64,000 nt of DNA from Eledone cirrhosa (GCA_964016885.1 OZ024754.1:31062001-31126000), one strand, 5' to 3'. Shown: positions 26,955 to 39,809, counted from the stretch's first letter. The notes: generated by a model from the sequence alone, not told the origin. Translations and numbers: made by a program.

Positions 26955-28135
26955 TAATTGTTTGATGAAGATGTATGGTAAATATCAGATATTGCTATAT
27001 CTATGGGGTGTAGTTGTTTGATGAAAATGTATAGTTAATATCAAATATTGCTGTATCTATGGGTGAAGTTGTTTGATGAAGATGTATGGTAAATATCAAA
27101 TATTGCTGTGTCTATGGGGTGTAGTTGTTTGATGAAGATGTATGGTAAATATCAGATATTGCTATATTTATGGGGTGTAGTTGTTTGTTGAAAATGTATA
27201 GTTAATATCAAATATTGCTGTGTCTATGGGTGAAGTTGTTTGATGAATCTAATATATAATGTTTGGAGAACTGCAAGACTGTGTCATTTTTATTTTTTCT
27301 GAACACATTATTAAAAATAAGTTGGATTACTTTGAATAAATCATGAATAAATATTATGTAATTTATATACTAAATTTCTTAGCTCTTGATTAAACATAAA
27401 TATTCTTATATATAATGTATTGCTTATTTCAAGATTCACTTCTTTTAACATTTTCAAATGTCAACACTTCCGTTAGTATCCGTTATATCATAACATGTCA
27501 CCAAACGCTATATTTCCATTGTTATATCATATTGTTTATATTTCCATCACTAATCTAATTTTCTCCTTTTCCATTTTCATAACATTTCCCCGTAATGCAG
27601 TTTATATATAATATCACCTTTTTTAAAAGGTATCATGGATTACTTTACTGATCACAGAAGAGATTGTAACACAGTCTCTTTTCAATTCCAGTGTATATTG
27701 TCAATTATGATTTTATTTTACATATCATATCAACATCCATATATATTTGCATATCATATCAATATGCACACTACACATGTTAGCAGAAAACGGCCTGAAG
27801 GGTGGCTTTTCTGCTAGTATGTATAATAGATATCAGATGTTGCTGCATTTATGGGGTGCAGTTGTTTGATGAAAATGTATAGTATATATCAGATGTTGCT
27901 GTATCTATGGGGTGTAGTTGTTTGATGAAAATGTATAGTATATATCAGATGTTGCTGTGTCTATGGGGTGTAGTTGTTTGATGAAAATGTATAGTATATA
28001 TCAGATGTTACTCTATCTATGGGGTGTAGTTGTTTGATGAAAATGTATAGTATATATCAGATATTGCTGTATCTATGGGGTGTAGTTGTTTGATAAAAGA
28101 GTGATACAGTCATTAGATATTCTTGTATCTATGAT
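26955..28135. repeat. Two blocks of a 56-bp tandem repeat interrupted by an insertion (~27250-27815)
   Basis: GTTGTTTGATGAAAATGTATAGTATATATCAGATGTTGCTGTATCTATGGGGTGTA units. Part of the insert matches 10930-11120. Confidence 0.85.
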
Positions 28136-29051
28136 GTGTGCTCTCTGGACACAAATAATAGGGGTGGGTTGGAATAAGTGGGGGGAAGGGCGGTAATTTC
28201 TCTAGGTTGAATCCGTTGATTTTTTAAAAACCAGAATTAGTCGTTTAGTTTACATATTGAGATTCCAACCCATCCTATTTATTTTATAATGTATAGGATT
28301 TCTTGTAATGTTCTTTTTTTTGTCACGCATAATGTTTTTAATGTCTAAAAAAACTGATTATCACAGAAATGCTACCACTTAAAATAAGATTTTGCCGGAG
28401 ATAGATTAGTAAAATTTAATGAACAGAGGATCGGGGTGGAATAAGAACGGGAGGTTGGAAAACATCTGAAAAATTAATAAGCGGGAGAGGGGGAGAGGGG
28501 GCGATTATTAGAGACCCAAGAGTGATGTAGACAATAGATGTTGCTGTATCTTGAGGTATAGCTGTTTGATAAAAATGTGATGTAGACAACAGATGTTGCC
28601 ATTTCTGCATCTATGGGGGATTGAACCATCAGTTCAATGGTTTAAGTGGAAGTAGATTAGCTGAATAGAGGAATAAAAGTATTGACAAAAGAAAAGAGAA
28701 AAGAATGTGGAGAGGGAGACAATAATATTAAGTGGGAAGAATGAGAAAGAAGCGAAACAGAAGACAAAGGAATAAAGGGGGGGTGTAGGAAAGAAAGAGG
28801 GAGAGGTAAGAGGCCAAGAGATAGACAGAGATAGACAAAGACATAGAGGGAAAAAGAGTGAGGAGTAAGAGAGAGAAATAAGAGGCCCAGTGATAGAGAG
28901 AGAGAGAGAGGGAGAGAGAGAGAGAGACAATGACATAAAGTGTGTGAGAGAGAGAGGAGTAAGAGGGAAAGAGAGGAGTAAGGGGCCAAGAGATTGGTAG
29001 AGAGAGAGAGAAAGAGACTGAGAGAAAGAGAGAGAGAGAGAGAGAGATATA

Positions 29052-29086
<35 letters not shown>

Positions 29087-29629
29087 AAAGAGAAAGAAGT
29101 AAGAGATTAAGAGAGAGAAAGTGGGGGAGAGAGAGTGTAAGTGAGAATGTGAGATAAAGAGAGAGAAAGAGAAAGAGATAGATGGATAGATAGAGAGAGA
29201 GATAGAGAGATAAAGAGAGAGAAAGAGACAGATGGATAGATAGAGAGAGAGATAGAGAGGGGGGGGGGACAATAGAGATAAAGTTATAAAGATTACATCA
29301 AGGCAAATACAGATGTGGAAACTATTGTTACAAAAGGATTATTTCTGTAATTTTTACATATGTGCAGTTTAACTGCACCTAGAACAGAAAATATGTGCAT
29401 TTTTATGCAACTGAGAATATTAGTTTGTATTGTTGCAGAGAAAATGGTTAATAATGGTTAAATATTCTTCTATATCTCATACATGCCTCTGGAGAATTTC
29501 ACTTTCTCATAATATTAACAAGAAGAAAGAAAAAAATTTAAGGTCTTTAAAAATAATTAATAATTCTTTAGTTCTTTATATGGTTTATTTCATATCAAGG
29601 GGGGTTTTATTATTACTTTATTTACGATA

Positions 29630-30721
29630 GTGGTGGTGGTGGGGGAGGTGATGGTGGTAGTGTGGTGGTGGGAGATGATGGGGGCGGTGGTGGTGGTGGT
29701 GGTGGTGGTGGTGGTGATGGTGATGATGATGATGATGATGATGATGATGGGTGGTGGTGGTGGAGGTGGTTGTGGTGGTGGTGGTGGTGGTGGTGGTGGT
29801 GGTAGTGGTGGTGGTGGTGGTGGTGGTAGTGGTGGTGGTGACGATGATGATGGTGGGTGGTAGTGGTGGTGGTGGGGGTGATGGTCGTGGTGGTGGGTGG
29901 TGGGTTGATGTGATGGTCGTGGAGGTGGTGGTGGTGGTGGTGATGATGATGATGGTGATGATGGTGGTGGTGGTGGTGGTGGTGGGGAGGTGATAATGGT
30001 GATGGTGGTGGTGGTGGTGGTGGTGGTGGTGGGGAGGTGATAATGGTGATGGTGGTGGTGGGGAGGTGATGATGGTGGAGGTAGTAGTGGTGGTGGTAGT
30101 GGTAGTGGTGAAGATGATAATGTTAATGAGGATGGTGTTAATGAAGATAAAGATGATGATGATTATGGTATTGACAGTTTTCTTGAGTCTGCTGTTGTTC
30201 CTTGATCATCAGCAGCAGCAGCATTGATATTATCATCATCATCACCATCACCAAATCCACCATCATCACTATCATCGTTATTATCACCATCATCATCATT
30301 ACACTCATCATCATCACCACCACCATCATCAACATCATCATCACCATAATCATCATCATCATCATACTCATCATCATCATCACCATCATCATGATCATCA
30401 TCATCACCATTACACTCACCATCCCCATCATCACCGCCATCACCATCAACCCCATCATCACCATCATCACCATCATCACCATCATCAGCATCATCACCAT
30501 CATCACCATCATCACCACCACCACCACCATCATCCCCATCATCACCATCATCACCATCATCACCATCATCACCATCATCACCACCACCACCACCATCATC
30601 CCCATCATCACCATCATCACCATCATTACCATCATCACCATCATCATCACCACCACCACCATAATCCCCATCATCATCATGATCACCATCATCATCCTTA
30701 CCATCATCATCATCATTGCCA

Positions 30722-30768
<47 letters not shown>

Positions 30769-30770
30769 GA
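29630..30770. repeat. (GGT/GAT)n, (CAT/CAC)n and (ATT)n microsatellite complex
   Basis: Directly visible. Confidence 0.93.
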
Positions 30771-31023
30771 TGGATTCAGCAGATTTACTAGTAAATTGCA
30801 AGTCGTTGTACTCAGTGCAGCTAGCTCTATGTGCATCACTGGAGGCTGCATACATGCATTAACACGTGCAGTTGCAGCAGAAACTGCAATGTTTGACAGT
30901 AATCACTGGATTTTCAACCAAATTAATTTTTATTTAGAAAAGTAATTAATTGAAATCGTTAAATCTTATAAAATTTTCCCTGACACATTGAGCTCCTCCT
31001 TAAACACCACACACACACACACA

Positions 31024-31062
<39 letters not shown>

Positions 31063-31089
31063 ACACTCACACACACACTCACACACACT

Positions 31090-31122
<33 letters not shown>

Positions 31123-31124
31123 GT

Positions 31125-31348
31125 ATGTAAAAGGTAACCAGAAATAACAACACAATCGGTACAGTATATGGAAGGTATATATTAGGTTAACACTTGAAAT
31201 AGCAGGAAGAGGGTCTTAACGTTTCGGACGCTAGTCCTTCATCAGATGAAAGAATGAGAAATAAGATAGATTGAGAAATAAGATAGAGGGGAGAGGCTGG
31301 ATGGAATTGGAAAAAATGTCTTTAGATAAAAATGACAGGTCCATTCAT
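31125..31348 (-). mobile_element. Family HA hammerhead-core repeat
   Basis: The minus strand reads CUGAUGA-A-GGA(cuagcg)UCC-GAAACGUUA at 31245-31217; flanked by (TA)n. Confidence 0.68.
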
Positions 31349-31422
31349 ATTTATATATATAAACATACATATTTACAGACATATATATATATATATATAT
31401 ACATACATATACATATATATAT

Positions 31423-31640
31423 GAGGAACGATCGACTTTCGTCAAATCGGACCGAGGGAACAATGTTTCCGTTGGTCTTTCCAATTGCTAATACTATCTA
31501 TCGGTCGCAACTCCAGGTAGAAGGAGCAACGTGAAATAAAGTGTCTTGCTCAAGGACATAACGCATCGCCTGGTCCAGGAATCGAACTCACAACCTTACG
31601 ATTGCGAATCCAATTCTCTAACCACTCAGCCACACGCCTT

Positions 31641-31643
<3 letters not shown>
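31423..31643 (-). mobile_element. tRNA-derived SINE family S3
   Basis: TGGCTGAGTGG...GAGTTCGATTCC, then TCCTTGAGCAAGACACTT. Near-identical to 55039-55258. Confidence 0.88.
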
Positions 31644-31710
<67 letters not shown>

Positions 31711-31924
31711 CACATATACATATATATATATATATATATATACATACATATATATATATATACATATACATATATTCATATATACCTACATACAAACATA
31801 TATACATTCATACATACATGCATACTTACATTGATTCATACATACACACACATACATACACATATATACATACATATATGCACACACAAACACTCACACA
31901 CACACACACAGACGTACGCACTCT

Positions 31925-31965
<41 letters not shown>

Positions 31966-32479
31966 CATCATCATCGTCATCATTCAATGTCCATGTTCAC
32001 TACTAGTAAGGGTTGGCCGGGTCATCACCGACCAAGTCAATATTTAATTACAGCTATTGAAAAACAACTCGTTAAATCGCTGCTAACATATATCATAATA
32101 TAGCAAGCCAAAATAAATGTTATTAATTAAAATTGCATTGGCCCCTGTGGCCAATAAAGAAATTATTAATTAAGATTGGTGCCACCGCGATGAGAGAAAA
32201 TTACAAAGCGTAATTAAATCTGGCCAAGAAAGGCAAGGGAGGCAATTCATACATTTAAGTTACTGAAAAAAAATATGTGTAACAAGTAGGTAGTAGTGAA
32301 TATATAGAGTATGATATTTATTGATTGACTTTATTTTACTTACAACTATTGGCAAATGTTCAATAGCTTAATTTGATCTGCAAAAAATGATTGATCAAAA
32401 AGTTGGTCCATAGCTTGTTCAAACTTGTTATGATAGACCTATAGTCAGATCTGGTCCATGACTGTTTTTATATATATAC

Positions 32480-32570
<91 letters not shown>

Positions 32571-32731
32571 AACACATATATATTATCATCATCATCACCA
32601 TTTAACGTCCATTTTCCACGCTAACATGGGTATACATATATATATATATATATATATATTCATACATACATGCATACTTACATTCATTCATACATACACA
32701 CACATACATACACATATATACATACATATAT

Positions 32732-32773
<42 letters not shown>

Positions 32774-33086
32774 ATCATCATCATCATCATCAACGTTTAA
32801 CGTCCGTGTTCCACGCTTGCATGGGTTTGGACGGGGGTATTCCCACTTGAGGCAAGAGTGATTGTCTTGCTCGCATAGGACTGTCTGGCAGGTTTTCTAC
32901 AGTTGGATGCCCTTCCTAACACCAACCACATTTACAGTGTGGGTCTGGGAGGTTTTTACCGTGTTGCCTACACGGCCACATTACAGCGTGGACTGTGTGT
33001 TTTTTGTCGTGACACCTACACGATCTCATTTGTTTCGGCCTGGATGTATATATGTATGTATATATGTGTATATATATATGTATGTA

Positions 33087-33166
<80 letters not shown>

Positions 33167-33189
33167 GATAGATTGATAGATAGATAGAT

Positions 33190-34330
33190 AGGTCGATGCT
33201 GATTACTACTTCTTGACAGAAGAGTGCCATCCTTTCATTGACCTTTACACAATCATGTGCACACAGGTGACTTTTCAGACTGGCTTTTGTTTTGCAGGCA
33301 CAATGGCAGATGTGACACTTGAACTGTCTAGAACTGTCACTGCTTACAAAATGAATGCTTCAAAACAGCATGTTCTACTTGCTTGTTCTCAAAGACATCA
33401 CATCCATACTTGATGATTATTCTTCATGGTGTACGGCCTTCAGCCATGCTCTCCCAGTTTTCCATATCAATCTTCAGAGCTTTAAGATTGTCTTTTACGA
33501 TATCCCTAAACCATTTTTGGGGGATTATGCTGTAGCCCTTTTCTTCAGGTCAGCTCCCCATGAAATATATGTTTAGGCAGCCATCCATCTTTTATCCTGA
33601 CCACATGACCAGCCCAAAACATCTGGTTCATAATAATACTTCTCTCAATACTGGTGCTGCCTGTTTTCTCAAGAACAGCAGCATCAAGTGTTTTAAGAGG
33701 ATCACTTGATGTTTCAACTGCATGATGTGATGACTGTAAGTTGTTCACATTTCACATCCAAACAACAGGGCTGTAAGAACACGGGCCTCATACACTGAGA
33801 GCTTTGTGTTTCTCGCGATACTCTGATCTGACCAGGCTTGCTTCTGAAGCTTCCCAAAGACAAAACTTGCTTTCACAATCCTGTGATCTATTTCTGCATC
33901 GAGGATACTATCTTTACTAAATGTACTTCCAACATACACAAAGCTGTCCACCACCTCAAGTCTTTTTCCTCTCACGAAAACCTCTGGTTCCACATACACT
34001 TCCCCAACTGGTGGAGTGTACAAGACCTTTGTCTTTTTTATACTAATATTTAGCCCAAATACAGTGTATGCACTGGCGAAGGTGTCCCATATCAACTGTA
34101 TGTCCTCTACAGTGTGTGCACCAACATCTGCATCATCACCATACAGGAACTCCCTGACAAGACTGCCAAATGTTTTGGACTTGGTGTTAAAACATTTTCA
34201 ATGAAAGACCTTGCCAGAGGTTCTAATTCACAAATATCCACCAATTTATAAGTCTTGGAAGGTATATGTCAGCAGCATGCCAAAGTAGATAGAGAACAAA
34301 ATAGGTGGAGGTATATCACCTTGCTTGACA
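33190..34330 (-). mobile_element. Decayed RTE-clade LINE fragment
   Basis: FGLNISIKKTKVL, LEVVDSFVYVGS, WAGHVVRIKDGWLPK motifs with stops and frameshifts. Confidence 0.85.
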
Positions 34331-34404
34331 CTGTATATATATATATCTATATAAATTTATATATATATGTGAGGTGTGTTTCTTTGTGTGTGTGTGTGTG
34401 TACG

Positions 34405-34431
<27 letters not shown>

Positions 34432-34435
<4 letters not shown>

Positions 34436-34776
34436 TCATCATCATCATCATCATTTTTACGTCCACTTTTCCCTGCTTGCAAGGGTGGGACGGGAACTGA
34501 TTCTGGCTTGATTTCTACAGCTGGATGCCCTTCCTAACACCAACCTCATTTACAGTGAGTGCTGGGTGCTTTTTTGCCGTGGCACCTCCACGACCACTTT
34601 GCAGTGGAATGATAGGGACCCCAGTCCCTATCATCTCATTTCTACAGCTGAGTAAACTGGAGCAATGTGGAATAAAGTGTCTTGCTCAAGGAAACAACAC
34701 ATCACCCGGTCTGAGAATTGAACTCACATCTTTCGATTGCAAGGCCAATGCTCTAACCACTAAGCCATGTGCCTCC
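34432..34776 (-). mobile_element. SINE family S1
   Basis: Matches 7482-7816. Confidence 0.9.
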
Positions 34777-34860
<84 letters not shown>

Positions 34861-34882
34861 CACACACACACTCAAAACTAGA

Positions 34883-36046
34883 ATGGCTAACCAGCAAAAA
34901 TCCAAACAGAACTGGTCTGATAATGAAATCGACATTCTAATAAACACATGGCATTGCCTTTCCCAAACAGAAGATATAGATGCTTCATCTCTGAACGACA
35001 TTGCTAAACGTACAGTTCAATTTTTGAAAACTCGATCTGAACAACAGATTCAAAATAAATTAAAGCAAATCGAAATTGCTTTTAAATTAATCAATAAACA
35101 TTTGGATAAACTACGGTGTGTTTTCTCTTCGAATGCTGTCCAGCAGCAGCAACAACAACAACAGCAGCTACAACAGCAACAACAACAACAACAGCAGCTA
35201 CAACAGCAACAACAACAACATCAACAACAGCTACAACAACAACATCAACAACAGCAACAACAACAGTGTGAACCACTCCTTGATTCATCAACAATGGCCG
35301 ATCTACTAAATGAAACTATTGACCCCCCAGTAGCCTCTGTCTCACAGCATGAAACGCCACATCCTTTCTCTGGCCCAGCAGTCCAATCATCACCACTGCC
35401 AACATCTCTGCCTACTACTACTACTACTACTACAACATTTTTGTCTACTGCTATGTCAAGGAATTTACCTTCTAATACCAGAACAAGAACTCTCCCTCCC
35501 ACAGTCCACAAAGGTCGTCAAATCCTACCCAAACCATCATCTACACCTCTCACAACACCCACACCCATATACCCACCCACTCGAAACCCCATCATTTGCC
35601 GCTACTCTCTACGCTATAGAATATGTACGGATAGTGGCTGCAAATTCACCCATTTACCTAGGACAAAACGATCTATCCCCACAAACAGCCACCACCATAA
35701 TACATACTCTAATTTAACACCAACACAACCACCAATAACTCAAACAAGGAATCCACAAATCTGCCGTTTTTCCCTGCGAGACAGATTGTGTTTAGACCGG
35801 GATTGTCCCTTTACCCATCTCCCGGGGACCCGTCGGATAAATGAAAATAAAAGCAAAAACAAAAACCATAACCTACATAAAAATAACCACTACCACAGTC
35901 ACCAACAGTCTTCTAAACAGGAAACTTCTTCCTCTTTTTTAGCCATAATGAATCTGGCAAAAGAACTGGAAAAAAACATTCGAGCTATCACCCAGCACCA
36001 CCCTCCACTATCACCCCACTGCACAAACTCCCATTGCTGCCATTAA
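34883..36046 (+). CDS. LINE ORF1 protein (387 aa): Myb/SANT-like N-terminus, polyQ, two CCCH zinc fingers
   Basis: ATG at 34883. NWSDNEIDILINTW...RSEQQIQNKLKQI; CRYSLRYRICTDSGCKFTH and CRFSLRDRLCLDRDCPFTH (C-x8-C-x4-C-x3-H). Confidence 0.8.
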   Translation: MANQQKSKQNWSDNEIDILINTWHCLSQTEDIDASSLNDIAKRTVQFLKTRSEQQIQNKLKQIEIAFKLINKHLDKLRCVFSSNAVQQQQQQQQQLQQQQQQQQQLQQQQQQHQQQLQQQHQQQQQQQCEPLLDSSTMADLLNETIDPPVASVSQHETPHPFSGPAVQSSPLPTSLPTTTTTTTTFLSTAMSRNLPSNTRTRTLPPTVHKGRQILPKPSSTPLTTPTPIYPPTRNPIICRYSLRYRICTDSGCKFTHLPRTKRSIPTNSHHHNTYSNLTPTQPPITQTRNPQICRFSLRDRLCLDRDCPFTHLPGTRRINENKSKNKNHNLHKNNHYHSHQQSSKQETSSSFLAIMNLAKELEKNIRAITQHHPPLSPHCTNSHCCH

Positions 36047-39000
36047 CAAACAAACAAATTAACAACACACCAAAACAATTAAAACCATCCACTCTCGCCT
36101 CTACATTTTTGCTTAACGCCCAAGGCATCAGCCCTTCCACCAATACTCAAAAATGGAAGATCAAATTCCTGGAGGACTGGATTGATGTCCATCCAAACCA
36201 CATCCCTTTCTTCGTCCTCACTGAAACCCATCTCAGTAACCTCCACTTGGAAGCCGAGGTGAAAGTGAAAAATTTCAAAGCCATCCGTGCTGATCGCGCT
36301 GGCAGAAGAAAGGGCGGAACTGCCATTTATGTCCATAATTCTTTCTCAACAGAGGCTATGAACATATTCACTAATGGATACTGTGAGGCAGTCACTGTAT
36401 TCAGTCAAACCAACAACCTATTAGTAGTTGGGCTCTATAGGCCACCCCAAACGCCTGTACCATGCTTCAAGGAATGCCTCAACAGCATAAAGTGTTTCAT
36501 CCAAGAGTGTCACCCTGACAACATCTTAATGATGGGGGACTTCAACCTCCCCGGAGTTGACTGGTCCACAAACACCCTGCCACCAGGTTCTTCTGCCTCA
36601 ACCTCTGACAGGGAAGCTGTGGAATCGCTTCTTGACTTCATGGATGATTTCTTCCTATCCCAACTAGTGCTCGAACCAACGAGGTGCCACAAAAACGTCC
36701 TAGACTTAATTTTCAGCAATCACACTGACAATATCCACAATATTGCAGTGGAGAAAACTCTACTCTCTGATCATGACATGGTTCTCTGTGATCTGAGATT
36801 CCACCGTCCAATATACAAACCCAATGTCATTTCTCCTGTCCATCCGTTTGACGCTATGGATTTCCACAATGCAAACTGGGAAGCGATCAGTCATGATCTT
36901 GCACATGTCGACTGGTCCTTCACGCACACTCATACACCCACTAACATCAAAAAGTCCTGGCAGACATTTGTGGACACTGTTACAAACATATGTGCTAAAC
37001 ACACCCCATTAAGAACTATAAACAAATCTAAGAGCAGAATCCCTAGAAATAGAAAAACGCTCATCAGAAAAATTAAGAGAACGAACAAAAAAATCAACAA
37101 TCTGAAATACTGTCAGCAGCAACACATCAACTTGACTGCCATTTCATCACTAGAGATTAAAAAACATAACCTCCAAAACAACATAATGTCCCTCATCAAC
37201 AATCAGAGAAGAGCTGAAGAGGCCTGGGCCATTGAGAAGATCAAACTTAATCCCAAAGTGTTCTTTTCATTTGCAAAAAAACACAAAATCACTGGCTCTA
37301 CTGTTGGCCCTCTAATTGATGAAAATGGCACTCTTCAAGACAATGCTAAAACCATGGGTGAGATACTGCAGAAACAATACTGCTCTGTTTTCAGCAATCC
37401 TGATATGGCCGATCTGGGCTGTATCGGCGATGTTACTCCCCATTACACCTTATCGGACATAACGTTTGGCGCCCCTGATGTCTTGGCGGCAATAAAGGAA
37501 ATCAAGCATAATTCAGCAGTAGGTCCCGATAGGTTCCCTGCTTGTGTCTTGAAGGCGTGTCAACACCAACTTGCTTCTCCTCTTGCCAATCTGTGGCGGA
37601 ACTCACTGGATGCTGGATATGTGCCAGAAAACCTTCTATCCCAGTCTGTTGTCCCAGTTTTCAAAAAGGGAAACAAATCCCTTGCCGTGAATTACCGTCC
37701 AATCTCACTCACCTCTCATATCATTAAGGTATTTGAGCGAGTGGTGAGATCGCGAATGACCCACTTCCTTGAGAGTAACAATATGCTGAACTCCAACCAG
37801 CATGGATTCCGTAATGGAAGGGATTGCCTGACGCAACTACTGCATCACTTTGATGACATTTTGAGAGCCTTGGGAGAGGGTTCCAACACTGATGTTATCT
37901 ACCTTGATTTCAGCAAGGCCTTTGACAGGGTTGATCATAACATTCTACTGAGAAAGCTGTCCAATATTGGTGTCACTGGAAAGCTGCTGCAGTGGATCAA
38001 GAGCTTCCTGTCAAACAGAACCCAACATGTTGTAGTTGAGGGAGTCAAATCAAGCCCAGCCAAAGTCAGTAGTGGAGTCCCACAAGGCACTGTGTTGGGC
38101 CCACTTCTCTTCATCATCTATATTAATGACATCACTGACATCATCAAACACAGCAACATTAAAATTTTCGCTGATGATTCCAAGCTCCAAAAGGTCATCA
38201 ATGGCGTGGATGACCGGATAAGCCTTCAGTCAGACCTACTGGCTGTTACCCAATGGGCAGAAAAGAACAACATGTTACTGAACGAAGACAAATTCGAACT
38301 GATCCACTTTGGAAAAGAGGATGCTCTGAAACTCCCGTACTCCCTTCCCTCCGGGGAAACTCTCGTGGCATCTAACAACATCAGAGACTTGGGAGTAACC
38401 GTGGACAGCAACATAAGCTGGACCACGCATATAAGCAGCAAAGTTGACATGGCCCGCAGAATGTGTTCCTGGATCCTCAGAACCTTCCAGTCGAGAGATT
38501 CCCGCACCATTATCCTTCTCTTCTCTACTTTCGCCCGACCACACCTTGAATACTGTTGTCCACTGTGGTCTCCCCACACGAAACAAAGTATCATGAAACT
38601 TGAAGCTCCTCAAAGGGCAATCACGAAAAAGATAGATGGCATGTCAGACCTTGATTACTGGGGTCGATTGGAAAACCTGAAACTTTACTCACTCCAACGT
38701 CGCCGTGAGCGTTATATTATCTGCATGATGTGGAAAATGTTCCATCATCACTGCCCAAATGATGTTGGCATCGCCTTCAAGATACACCCAAGGCTTGGGC
38801 CCCGTGCTATCCGTCCCATTCAAAAATCTAAATCGCAACTCATAACAACAATACGGCACAATTATTTCACCTCAATCGGCCCTGCTCTCTTCAACATCAC
38901 ACCAGGACACGTCAAAACAGAAACTGACCACACAAAATTCAAGAAGTCTTTGGACAAATTCCTCCAAGTAATCCCGGACAAACCACCCACACCCGGATAT

Positions 39001-39054
39001 GTCTCCGCAAACAGTAATTCTCTTCTCGAATGGGCCATGGTGCCCAAATCCTGA
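36034..39054 (+). CDS. LINE ORF2: apurinic endonuclease + reverse transcriptase
   Basis: LNAQG, LTETHL, GDFN, SDH (APE); NYRPISL, QHGFR, YLDFSKAFD, GVPQGTVLGP, FADD (RT). Uninterrupted 1006 aa; the frame is open from 35917. Confidence 0.96.
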   Translation: MLPLTNKQINNTPKQLKPSTLASTFLLNAQGISPSTNTQKWKIKFLEDWIDVHPNHIPFFVLTETHLSNLHLEAEVKVKNFKAIRADRAGRRKGGTAIYVHNSFSTEAMNIFTNGYCEAVTVFSQTNNLLVVGLYRPPQTPVPCFKECLNSIKCFIQECHPDNILMMGDFNLPGVDWSTNTLPPGSSASTSDREAVESLLDFMDDFFLSQLVLEPTRCHKNVLDLIFSNHTDNIHNIAVEKTLLSDHDMVLCDLRFHRPIYKPNVISPVHPFDAMDFHNANWEAISHDLAHVDWSFTHTHTPTNIKKSWQTFVDTVTNICAKHTPLRTINKSKSRIPRNRKTLIRKIKRTNKKINNLKYCQQQHINLTAISSLEIKKHNLQNNIMSLINNQRRAEEAWAIEKIKLNPKVFFSFAKKHKITGSTVGPLIDENGTLQDNAKTMGEILQKQYCSVFSNPDMADLGCIGDVTPHYTLSDITFGAPDVLAAIKEIKHNSAVGPDRFPACVLKACQHQLASPLANLWRNSLDAGYVPENLLSQSVVPVFKKGNKSLAVNYRPISLTSHIIKVFERVVRSRMTHFLESNNMLNSNQHGFRNGRDCLTQLLHHFDDILRALGEGSNTDVIYLDFSKAFDRVDHNILLRKLSNIGVTGKLLQWIKSFLSNRTQHVVVEGVKSSPAKVSSGVPQGTVLGPLLFIIYINDITDIIKHSNIKIFADDSKLQKVINGVDDRISLQSDLLAVTQWAEKNNMLLNEDKFELIHFGKEDALKLPYSLPSGETLVASNNIRDLGVTVDSNISWTTHISSKVDMARRMCSWILRTFQSRDSRTIILLFSTFARPHLEYCCPLWSPHTKQSIMKLEAPQRAITKKIDGMSDLDYWGRLENLKLYSLQRRRERYIICMMWKMFHHHCPNDVGIAFKIHPRLGPRAIRPIQKSKSQLITTIRHNYFTSIGPALFNITPGHVKTETDHTKFKKSLDKFLQVIPDKPPTPGYVSANSNSLLEWAMVPKS

Positions 39055-39145
39055 ATTGAAAGACTTCGCCAGGTGGTGCTATTAAGTTAGACATGGCCTG
39101 GGCCAATACTGGCCAAAACATTTCAAAGTTATTCAAAGTTCAAAG

Positions 39146-39239
<94 letters not shown>

Positions 39240-39391
39240 CTGTTCGTTACCTTTAACCAAAAATCTATAATCTGGTAACATCTGTTGTCTGAAGGTGGAA
39301 TCTCTTCTCCTCTCTCATATTTATAGTTCAGGGTTCAATAAGATTCATTAATCAAATGGAAATTTTATAGATTTCCTGTTATCAATCACAG

Positions 39392-39652
39392 TTATCATAG
39401 TAACTATTGAAATATACTGTTGTCATAGTAACTGTTATATACTGTTGTCATAGTAACTGTTGTAATATACTGTTGTCATAGTAACTGTTGTAATATACTG
39501 TTTTCATAGTAACTGTTGTAATATACTGTTGTCATAGTAACTGTTATATACTGTTATCAAGGTAACTGTTGTAATATACTGTTGTCATAGTAACTATTGT
39601 AATATACTGTAATATATTGTAATATACTGTTGTCGTAGTAACTGTTGTAATA
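39392..39652. repeat. 28-bp tandem repeat
   Basis: GTAACTGTTGTAATATACTGTTGTCATA units. Confidence 0.88.
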
Positions 39653-39763
39653 TATAGCAATGACAACAACAGCAGGAGTAGTAGCAATAGCAACAACAAC
39701 AACAACAACAACAGTAACAGCAATTACAATAACATCATCATCAACAACAACAGTAAACATAGC

Positions 39764-39809
<46 letters not shown>

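Larger units (their letters stand above)
34871..39147 (+). mobile_element. Near full-length, coding-intact CR1-group LINE
   Basis: ORF1 + ORF2 (APE-RT), a short 3'UTR ending in (TTCAAAG)-type repeats, then (TA)n. Confidence 0.93.

Noticed and set aside
34769-34882. N-terminal CV-repeat extension of ORF1
   Set aside because: Comes from the adjacent SINE head and (TG)n; the likely start is the ATG at 34883.
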